DNA of 64,000 nt, taken from NCBI RefSeq assembly GCF_022539665.2, contig NC_081334.1:1736001-1800000 (forward strand), in the 5' to 3' direction. This stretch comes from Daphnia carinata. Its lineage: Eukaryota. The translations under genes and the position numbers were made by a program. Under the pieces are notes generated by a model, which saw only the letters and a program-made list of their open reading frames with translations, made no database searches and had not been told where the DNA came from. Position 1 is the first letter of the stretch; every line of letters starts with the position of its first letter. Shown here in pieces: positions 53,080-64,000 of this stretch.

Positions 53080-56000
53080 GACGACAATGACGTTTTTTAA
53101 ACGATCCCTATAGTCCCCAGATTTCTTGCGCTTCACCGGCTCTTGTCTTTTGTTTTTATTAAATTTTTTTTTTTTTGGCAGGCTGGAAGGGGGTGGGGGG
53201 GGGGGGGTTCTAATAGAGAACTTCACCTTCAGCTGTTGATACCGTCTTGTTGTCTATATCTTCCACTGCGATAGTCACAACGATTGCTGCTCAGCGTCCT
53301 GTACTGGAAAATAGTGAAATACTTTTAGGAATATGGAAGCCTTTTGATTTGTCAAACATCTATGTATATTTTAAATATGAAAATAGCAAGAGGGAAGCAG
53401 ACTTTTTGATGTCTGTATTCATGCACAAACAACTGCCTCCTTTTTTTTTTTTTTGTTTTGTTGAACCTATACAAATGTACACAGAGGCCAACTTTGCATA
53501 ATATTCTATTCGTGTTCTAGGTTGTATAGAAGGCAAAGCCTGTATCGAGGACATCTCTCGGGAGCGGGAGGATGACGCAATTCAAATTGAAAAAAATATA
53601 TATAATAAAATAAGACCGTGCCGTTTGCGGGGGGAGGGGGGCAACAGTAAGAAGAGACGAGCCAAGAAAATAAGCCCAAAGTCTATTCCCCATAGCTGAA
53701 ATGCGACAGTCAAATGAAAGAGGAACAATTGCATATGCATATAGATACATAGGAGGGCCTGTATAGCTTACGTAATACGTATCAATTTTTACGGCCAGCC
53801 GTGTTACGTGTTCTATATAGACAGAGAGGCAGGAGGGAACGATCGAACCTGAATGGGCTCCTCGAAGTGAGGGCTGTCTTCGATGTTACCCACCATTCCT
53901 TTCCTTTTCCTTCTTCTTTCCTGTGTCTATATTACAATAGAGTCGAGTGCTATTTGTGCAACCTTGTTATTGACACGCATCAAAAACTTGTATTTATTTA
54001 CTTAACTTGAGACATTTGAATTTTCGTTTTCCTTTTCAAATATTCAGCTGTTATAGATGTGGCTGTTTGAGTCGCACTACTGTACGAAGTACTACGACTA
54101 GAAAGCAAGCGAAATGGCAATAGACCGTGGATGAAACGTTGAGTAACGAGTAAAAAGGAAATGAATAAAAAAAATTCATATAATCTCGTATAGTGGGAAT
54201 CAATTGAGAACTATGAAAGCGAGTCAACGTCAACAAGAGATGCGTGAAACAGAAACAAAAACAAACGGCTATGGTACATCAACAAGAGCACGGAATGAGG
54301 AAAGAAGACATTTGCTGATGGCGTTTGTGCTCCGGGATTCGGTTATCAGTGTCGGGACATGCACGATGCGTCTATTTCTTTTCTTTTTTGTCTCCTTATT
54401 TCAACAGTTTTCAATGGTTTCTGTGTGCCCATACGCTCTTTTGATGGATTCTTGTTGCTGTTTCAATAAAGCAAATAGCTTACGGATGCAAAAGAGAAAT
54501 ACATAAAAGCCAAAGTCATTGTGTGCGCGAGAGCAAGAACAATCCTTACGGCGCTTTTCCATCAACGTCATCGTCTTTCGAGCCGTTCACTCAACTTCAT
54601 CCCGCCGTCGATTTTATGCGACTCATTTCAAATACTCTACTTCCCCATTTTTGCAAGTGTACGACATTTGTTTTGAAAGTGTTTTTGATTTTAGACTAGG
54701 ATCGAAATAAAAATATAAAAAAAAGGGGGCGAGTGCCTCACACACAGAGGCAATCGTCTTTTTTTTTTTTTTCAAAATGTTTGGCCGTTTGTTCCGGGGC
54801 CGTTGTAGATTCGCAATCAGCCGGGCATCCGCCAAATCAACGATTTTGCTGGGAATAAATTGATTTCCTTTCAAGTTGCGTCGCTGTTTTGCCTATTTGC
54901 TGTTTTTTTTATTAAAAGGGATTTTTTTTTTTTTTTTTTTTTTGTTCGTGGCAGACATTGGATGTAGACATTCAAAATAAATGATAGACAGAGGATTGGC
55001 GAAAAAGGATGCGACAAAGAGCGTTATACTGCATTTCTCGAATATTATAGATACACAGACGTGGGGTGGGGCAGAGCGGGGAATTGACTTCAAAGTTGTT
55101 GCCTTTCAATGAGACGCGAAGAGCTTCTCGTCACTTTTGAAGCTCCAAACTTTGCATACACTCTCTCTCACTTGTGCCTTTTGTTTTTGCATGCAAAAGA
55201 GTCTTCATCAAACACACTGGCCTCTTTTTGTCGAGTAGATATACTTGTACGCGCACACTCGTCATCTATAAGGCAGAAGCCACATCTTCAACGCGGGTCA
55301 AGTGTTTTTTTTTTGTTATTTATTTTGTTTTGTTTTTCTGTAATCAAGCGTTTCCTCTTGACGGTTTTTATTTGTTTTTTTCCATTTTCTTTTTAAAGAC
55401 AAACAAAAATTTAAAAAAAGGAAAAAGAATCCAGTGATGTAATTATTATCTGGTATAGTCGATACGTGGAAGAGAGAGAGAGTGTCTAATGAAAATAGAC
55501 GGAGAGATAAATAAATCATAAAAATAAGAAAACATGTAGAGGGGAGAAGAAGCAATCGAGATGAGTAGATGAGAAAGATAATAAAGAAGACAATAAATAA
55601 CAGGGAGAAAGAAAAAAAAAAGAAAAAGAAAAGACATGAAATGAAAAGCCGTATCATCATCAGTTTGGCCATGATGATGGCTACGGATGATTGCTTTCGC
55701 TTCGCCCACATCATTACGTCTACATCCATCTCACTCGCACGCATATTGTCAGGTTGATTAGACTCGTAGACGTCGTCATCGCCGACGACGTTATCGATTT
55801 TAGTGAGTAGGATTTAAAGTCACACCAAAAATCTTGTGGTTTCAAAATACTTTTTTTTTACTTGACTCGTGTGGAAAATGTTCGAGTCCCCCCGCAATCG
55901 GCCCGTCCTTCCTATCAGGACTAAAATGTACAGCACGTACACACGCTCAATGGTTTTACTACATAGATGAGGCTTAGTGTGTACCTTTGTAATAGGTTTT

Positions 56001-59000
56001 TCGGGGGTGGTGTGTCATCAGTCTTTGTCGTCTTATTGCCATCACATTATGAAAGACTATCTCAGCAATTTCTATCCCTTTTCTTCTTTTTTAAACTCCT
56101 TTTTATAGAAAGCCTAAGACAAATTGCAAGACTGTGGATGTTCATAATTGATTCCTGTCATCCCAATCAAGTGGCTATTTTTCTATTCCAATTAAAAAAA
56201 AAAAAATGGAAAAGACTCTTAAGATGTGTGAGAAGGACTTACCAATGCAAAGAGTATCAGATATAATGAAAGGTTTCGTTTTTCTTATGCAGTCGGGAGA
56301 TGTTGCTGCGTGAGCGGCTACTGACCGATTGACAAGTGCTAGACGATGGTCGCATGTCTATACTCGCAAACTAGTGGCTCGGTTACCATGGCCACAACAT
56401 CCCCCCTCCGCCTCTCCGTCTCTGCCAATAGACAGACTCTACTTGGCTCTTTGTGGTGCCCGCATCTCGCTCTTATATGCCAGCGAATCGTTTGATAAGA
56501 GGTGGGCAAGGCAAAACGGCTAGCGCGCACGCGCCTCCAAACCGATTTACACATGTGAAACTATGCGTTTGATATAGACGTTTTGTTTTTGTTTTCGAAA
56601 AAGTGTTTATCAATCTTCGATGTTGTCTAGCGTGGCATTTCAATGACACAATTATTTCCCCATAAACACGTTTTCAATTGTCGTTTTGGGAAAAACACGG
56701 CACAAGTTCGGACGGTCTTTCTCGTGTCCAGACGTGTTGACATGCCCCCGCACTTGCGATGTCTTTTTTAAAAAATAGACTGTCAACCTGTCTTACGTAT
56801 AGGTTAGAATGCTAGATACGAAAATGCAGTCAGATGGCGTTCGATCGAATCGACTGGCGAACAACAAAAAAAAAGGAGAAAGGGGCGTAACGTCATGAGG
56901 ACACAGTTTTTTTTTTTTTTCACGAACGGTGTGGACCGTCACGTTGGGTGCAATTGGCGCTTTTTGTGTACACGTGTAGACAGACGACAAGCGTGCGGCA
57001 GACGTGTTGGTTATTGCCGACGATGTGGCTCCGCATTTAAGGCACGGAACGATTTCTGAGTGGAACGTTGTCGAAAGAGACGACGACTATTTCAAGAAAA
57101 TATTCAAATGCGTTCCATCCAAAAATCTCGTTGACTAAAAGAAATGAAATAAAAAAGAAAAGCAGAACGTTTTCTCTTTTTTTTTTTTTTTCTTATTTAT
57201 TATATCGGCGGGCGAAGTCGTCAAGAAAATTAAGCTAATCAATGAGTATTGACTATTGCCTTTATTATTTAAAATATAAAAAAAAAAAGAAAATCTTAGA
57301 GCGTTTCTTTCGCCCCCCTTTATTTGTTATTTCTCACGAATTGAGTTCATTATGATTTCTTCGAATGTGATGTGTTATAAAAAAAAAAGAAAGAAAGGCG
57401 CAAAACAAGGAGCACTGTTGCCGTTATCGTGCGTATCTTATGACGACTGTACGTCGATATGTTATGACTACGCATTCGGTCGATGTCTGCCCTTTACGTA
57501 AGCGCAATTTTTACTCCGGCCAAATGTAGTTGGAACAAACACGCAAATGCATTTTTTTTTTATTCTTTACGTAACCCTCAGCGAACTTCTCATGGGGGAG
57601 GGAGGGAGGAAAAAAAATAAAAACTTCAAAAGATCATCCATCCCGTGAGCTCTGAATCTTTTGCAGAAAAAAGAAAGCACTTCACAGTCCTCAAGAGAAT
57701 TTCGAATAAAGGCGTTGCTGAGGTTCTTGAACACTTTCCAATTCAAATAGCACGGCCAAAAAAAAAAAAAAAAAAAAAATGATGGGGGAGGGGGTTGGAT
57801 TCAGTGTACATAAAAAAAAATCCCATTGATGTATATGTATATGTAGATATTTGAAATGCTACTCTATATAAACACGAAGTAGAGAGACATTGTGAGCTTT
57901 ATTCTGATTGGACGTTGGGGGGGGGGGGGGGTTGCATATACAGGCCATTATCAGAACACATATAACGATGTGCGCACGGCGATTGCTAGTTCAAGATATA
58001 CAATACACGTCTATTGCACTCGAGTGCATTGATAACAAGTCCGAACTATACGAATTCTATACGACGTCTAATCGCAATCCTATAATCAAGCACCGACCTT
58101 CGCATATCTTCTGTTGCCCCTCTTTCTATCTGGAGCGAATCACTTTCGTCAATGGATCAAGAGACTTCACTACTATGTCAAAGCCATACACACGTGGGGG
58201 GGGGGGGGCTATTGATTGTCATCGATAGAGTCTCTCCTCTTCCCGTTTGATGTTTTCATCCCAATATATCCATTTGGGTTTTTGCTTGTTTCATAAACTA
58301 TAGACGACCAAATGCTGACTCGCCATTCTTAACAATTCAAACGAATTGATGTATGTTGCAATAAGCTATAAAAATCGTGAATTGTTTGTGATGTAGAGAT
58401 GAAAGCTTAATTTTATTTTGAAATAAACGAGGAGCTAGTGAAACATGAAAAAGAATTTTTTTTTCAAATTTTTTTATCGATCAGTTCACATTGAGCTCCG
58501 CCTTTTTCCGACCAAATCCAAACGCTTGTGTTTTTAAGATGTAATTGCTGCGTTTTGTGCGCTGAACTTTAGACGCCGAAGTTTAGGTGCGCTATGGAGC
58601 CCTTACGGCCTCGAGTCATAGATTGATAGTTCCACTTCAGGGCGTTGGGGACGCCAATGTCAGACGTACACGAAACATTCAAACTTTGCTTTCTACGCAC
58701 ACACACACAAAAATAAATGTCTGTTGTTCCGCCCCGTTTTTTTTTTTTTTTAAATCTACATAGAACAAAGCGGATTCAAATATTTCGTAGTACACGAATA
58801 TGCATTGTACACACTCATTATAATAGTTTTAAACCTTTCTCTCTATCTTCCTCTCTGATAGAGAGATAAAAAAAAGAAAACAAAGAAACAACGTAGATAT
58901 ACATACGGGACTCATTCCAGCGCCGCTTTTTATGTTTTTTTCTTTTGCCCCCCCCCCCTCCCCTGCTTCTCTCTCTTTCTCTCCGAATAAAGGTTCCATA

Positions 59001-62000
59001 GTTACCCACGTAATAGCTGAATTTTGACTTGATACGTGTCCCAATTATACCAACAGCCTATTAGCGAGTCAAAAAGTTAATGTTCATATCAAAGACAAAT
59101 GTCAAAGAGTTATGTCTACACATACAGTCAAATGCATTAAACACGTAGGCTTATATATATACTGTATATACGTATGTATCTACACACACGGATGCTACTT
59201 TGACGACAAATGTTATATAAGGACCGGAGGAAAGAAGAAGAAGAAAAAGAATGAACAAAAAAAAAAAAAAAGAAGGGAGGCGGAGTATTACATCTCTATC
59301 GAAGCCTGGGTCTCTTGATAGCCAACTTGGAGGGCACAATCTTTCGCTTTGATGATCAAGCCACTTTGGTGGAAGAATGGACCTGCCGCTCTCTCCCTCT
59401 CTATAACTGCGCGCTGGGCCACGCCCAATTGTGTGTGTGTGTGTGTAAGCTCGGCAAGAACGGGCTGGAAAGCAGCACTCGTAACGAGCTTTTATTCCTG
59501 TTGTCAACCGTCAATAATGGCATATACATACGGGAGGGATATAGAGAAGCGACTTATTGCCTCGTGCCAGACGTGGGTCCAAAACTCGGGGTCAACATCG
59601 TCGCTGTTGTTACATATTTTTTATGATCAATACAGAAAAGGAGAAAGTTCGGTCCGCCCGTTTTGTTTGCAATGTAAACAGTTAGGTTCTCTGTGATCTG
59701 CAAGTTTTGAGTCCATCCTTTATATTATTTTCGAAACATTTTCGTCCAGGCCTTTTCTAATAACAACAGTGCCGACGTGACTTCGTTGACCCGCTGTGTT
59801 TTCATTGACGTGTTTTTTGAAAATAAAAACGGATATCGTTGAACAGGAAATGATTATGTTTCATCATTATAATATCAGATATACATTTTCCAGTCAGTGA
59901 GCATGTCATTATTCCCGCAGAACGGCCCTGTAACAAAAAAAAAAAAAAAAATGGATGTACTCCAGCACACAATAAAAAGAAGAAGAAAAAAAAAAACAAC
60001 CGAAAAAATGAATATGTATGTTCAAAAAAAGAAGAAGAGAGAGAGCGACCCATTACACGCAATGTATGCCGCGTTCTGGTCTGATAGAGCTTGTGCAACC
60101 TGCCACGTCTCTCCGATCCATGAAAAAGATGCCCCCTTCCCTTTGCGCGTTCTTCGTATTCTTTTGCCCGGCTCTATATCGAACGTGATACCCCCCGTCC
60201 CGGAAAGACGAAGAGCAGCGCTGCTTTAGAAGAATGTCAAGTCAAGCGAAAGAAAGAAGCAAATGGAATGATGTGGTCGGCTCGTCAAAAGACGGGCGGC
60301 ATCCGCTTTCCGAATGGATATATATATATATATATATATATAATATACCCCGTTTCACCCTGTACATCTTTTCTTTCTTTCTTTTTTTTTTTGCACTTCA
60401 GTTGCGTTCCATGGGAAGGGCTAACAAGAAAATGAAAGGGGGACAAAATGAAAGAGAAATATGAAAGAAATAATAATGATATAAAAAAAAAAAAAAGGAC
60501 AGGAGGGAGATTCCGGTTCTTCTTCTATTTTGTTTGTCTGTATAAGAAAAGCGGAGGGCTGAAAATCTTTTAGTTACATTCGATGTACACGTGCGTGGCT
60601 AAGGAGTGTATCTATCAAATGATTTAATTAAGTTTTACACGGTGGCTGTAAATAAGAAAAAAAAAATAGGTTATTTATTTGAACGGGTTGTTGCATAAAC
60701 TAAGAGGATGGCCAAGCCACAGCTCCTTCTTTCTCTAAATTTACATAAAAATAGGAGCTTAAATGGGACACATGAAAAGACATGTTTAGTTTCTTTGAAA
60801 GAAGCAAAAGTTTTGTATAGGCTGAATTCATAATTGGCATCAAACGGGGCAAATGTCTGAAGATCGAAGAGTTTGTCCGCCCTTTTGTGTTTTGTTTTTC
60901 TCTTTCCATCTTGAAAAGAAAAAGAAAAAAAAAAAAGAAATACGTGGGATGCACAGCTGGGATTCGAACTGGTTTGTTGCTGATGTGTCGTGTGCTGCTG
61001 TCGACTAGATGCCCTTCCAGCTGAATAGTCTTCGGAGTGCTCATGTAAAGTGCAGTGTCTCTAAAAGTTTTGGGTCGCTCTCTCTCGTCCTCTCACTTCG
61101 CAATTCTGCCCCGCTCCTCTTACTAACCCCTCTACCCAGATCAACTTTTAGTCTCATCCCAGTTGTATTTTAAGTTCTTCTTCTTCTTTTTTTTTTCCAT
61201 CCAAATGTTTGAAAATGAAAAGAAAAAAGAAAAATATAAACCAAAGTTTTAAAGCACTTTGTCCATCGCTTTCGTCGGCCCGTGTTGTTTCCCTAAAAAA
61301 TGCAGTTCATTATTTAATGGCAGCCAGCTGTGTCCCTGAAAAAAAAAAAAAAAAAGAAGAAAGGCCTTACCGGAAGCTGGGCGGAGTTGATGCAATGAAG
61401 AACGAGTTGGCCATTGCCGAGCAGCACTTTAATACATCAAGTCATTTTCCATTTCCACCTGGGCTTATAGTACACTGCTGAGATAGGGAGAACCCTATTA
61501 GGACATGCGATGCTCGTCGATATATACAAAACTTGGAAGATAACTTACAGATGTGTGCTGCTGCCACGGCCCAGCCTCTTCGCTATTATAAGGCTGGCCG
61601 ACTTTTGCCACGGCAACTGGGCAAAGATGCAGTTGGCAAGCAACTTGGCTTTCAGTGTAACAAGAAAATTTTTCGAATAAAGAAAATGGACGTCATGGGG
61701 GCCGTCAACGAAATGAGAAAAGAAAATACGAAGCCGGATAATCGGGTCAATATTAAACATTGATATTATTATAGATGAAAAAAAAAAAAAGAAATTTATG
61801 GACATAGACATTTAAAGGCAGAAATGTTTTTTCCATATTTATTTTAGACAATCAAAAACAAATAAATCAAATGTATTTATCGCTTTAGAACCGAAGCGCG
61901 TTGGCCAGTTTCTATTCTCTTCCAATGCAATTGTGAAGATGATTCTCTGCAAAAGAGATGGGGATAGAGTAGCACTAAAAACTCCATCCATCACTGCGAA

Positions 62001-62714
62001 TATATGTGTCTGTCTACACCGGATAGGAGAGAAAAGTCTAAATGTATGCCGAAACGGCTGAAGACGGAGAGCGTCGTTGATGATGCCACCATTTTCAACG
62101 GCGCTCAGTTTTCTTGGCAAAAGGGCGAGCTTCTAAGAAAAAGTTCCCTTATATTATTATGTATTTTTTTTTTCTTCTTCTTCTTCTTCCAAAAGCATGG
62201 CAAGTCAGAAGGGGCACAACTTTTAGCTTCCCTTTCTTGCTCTTTAAATATTTCGAGTCTACCCCAGGATTCCCATTCGGCCGCAAATGGCTGCCTACAT
62301 ATATATATATCCAACACGAAACGGCAGTAGCCCGATCGATAATTTTATACGTGTACTGTTTCAACTCGTTTGTAGCCAACGTCAGTTTCCTCCCTTCGAA
62401 AGATTCAAAGAATCTCGTAGAAAAAAAAAATGAAAAAATTTGTCAAAAGGAATCATCAATGTCATTGGGTTTCAAAGGTAACATACTGTGTACAAAAGGA
62501 GCGCAACATCCGACAAATAGATCGATGGTGTACACGCGTATATGTAGTAGACGCTAAAAATATTGATATGGTTCGTGGTATGTGTGTGTGCACAACAAGG
62601 AATGGCATCCCTTTTGAGATCTTTCATTTTTTATTAGTTCCCCCCCCCCTTCACTTCGTGATGCCATATGAAGTAAAAGTACATCAAACAACATTTAATA
62701 ATATATTTTTTTTT

Positions 62715-62745
<31 letters not shown>

Positions 62746-64000
62746 GGGGGGTTTGTCTTGCCCGACCTAGGCGAAGTGAATGAGTTCTGCTTAAGAACAT
62801 TGATGTTCTCTATACCGTAGTCAATTCAACGGACAATGCGTGTGTGTTTATAGGCTCAGCTAAAGATCGGCCGCGCAACCACCTGAAGCTGCTTTATTAT
62901 GCACGTGCGTCTTCAATTGCCGTATATACGTATATATATATAGAGGCCCTAAAAAGTTTGATTCGAGCCGGCTGCATTTCAAACGGCTGGCGTTTGCTGT
63001 TTCCATTTTGACCAAACTATGCGAAAGAGTCGAGCACTCTCGTAGATTGGCCATCACAATGTTGAAACAACAAAGAAACTACACGCGAAATACATTAGCC
63101 TTAGCTATACACCAACCAACTTTATAAATGACTGGTTCACGCTAATTCAATTTCAGCCGTTGTGCCAAGACACTGTACGTATAGCAAAAAGTTGGGAGTA
63201 TCGTTTGTTAAAAGCCCTCGCTTTCGGGCCAAATGAGTTTCACTTCTAAATCATGCATCAGGTGTACATATACGTATACATCTATGTCGGGGGAAATTCC
63301 TCGGTCAATTCAATATCGAATTCTCGAGGCCATTCATATAAGATAGACAAGTCGGAGCACACACATATTGCAAAGGGCTATCCTATCGGCTAATATATAT
63401 ATACACACCCATGTTCAATCACAATATTACGTATTATGGCCATCACGAAAAGCAATAAATATTTCGTCGGTATCCAGGCCGAGGGACACGAAACCAATAA
63501 CATCGTCCAACTTATGGACTTTTATTTTATTTATTGATTCATTTATTTATTTTTTTTTTGTTTTTAGCTCTTTTGTGTTGTATACACAAGTAACTCACCT
63601 GCATATATAGGCTACAGCATAAAATTCTATGAATGCTTCGGCCAGCCAAACTCTCTGCCCAAGCACTTGACACGTGTAAGTGGAAATATATCCCAAGAGA
63701 TATACACGAAACAGAGATTTATAAATGACGTACAGCATATATTTAATAGTACGCAGCGTTGACTCTCGCCTCGCATCGGCCGGTCTTGTTCGATTTGTTT
63801 CAACACGCGCGTGAGTAAGCTGCCTATGTATAGAAACCACACATAAACAGAGAAAGCCTACAGGCTAGGAAAAATAGGCACGTGAATATAGAAAGGTAAA
63901 GGAAAAGATAAGCACAAAGTCAGATTGTTAATGTATTACTACATGTGCTTATAAATTTCAAGATCGCATCACAGTCTACAACAGATCGTTTTGCTCATTG

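Noticed and set aside
55770..55791. 8-bp stem hairpin acgtcgtc-N6-gacgacgt
   Set aside because: It is too short to distinguish from chance and has no miRNA-length stem.
58480..58690. Higher-complexity patch with small hairpins, considered as an ncRNA
   Set aside because: No tRNA, snRNA, snoRNA or miRNA hallmark was recognised; an Rfam/Infernal search would be needed.
50000..64000. Many 60-150 aa ORFs rich in F/K runs
   Set aside because: They are translations of poly-T/poly-A tracts and microsatellites; only the 53079-52676 exon is supported.

Overview
This is eukaryotic, intron-rich animal DNA. Its ~60-90 bp GT-AG introns, gene content and A/T-homopolymer-rich spacers suggest a compact arthropod genome, most likely a branchiopod crustacean such as Daphnia (inference). 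Manual splicing supports about 16 protein-coding genes. In order they are: two tandem L-lactate dehydrogenase paralogs, a large secreted P/Q/T/E-rich protein, a FAM174-like membrane protein, an SLC46-type MFS transporter, a TPR+2TM protein, PDIA3/ERp57, a C-factor/sniffer-like SDR, endonuclease V, phosphomannomutase, a promethin/LDAF1-like protein, a ZP-domain protein head-to-head with a Gly/Tyr/Ala/Ser-rich structural protein, an E63-1-like EF-hand protein, VPS35L, and a long-intron gene with twin C2H2 fingers. The last ~11 kb has no supportable coding sequence. The most interesting signal is the LDH pair. Both reading frames are intact, but each copy has changed a different set of normally conserved residues: the substrate loop and Asn138 in one, the NAD-selecting Asp52 in the other. 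The copies also differ in first-intron position and share a conserved ACGTG-containing promoter module. Other highlights are a possible degenerate ParB/Srx-like domain in the zinc-finger gene, a ~660 bp foldback element in its intron, and an ERSE-like element upstream of PDIA3. No database searches were run, and exon boundaries were read by eye.
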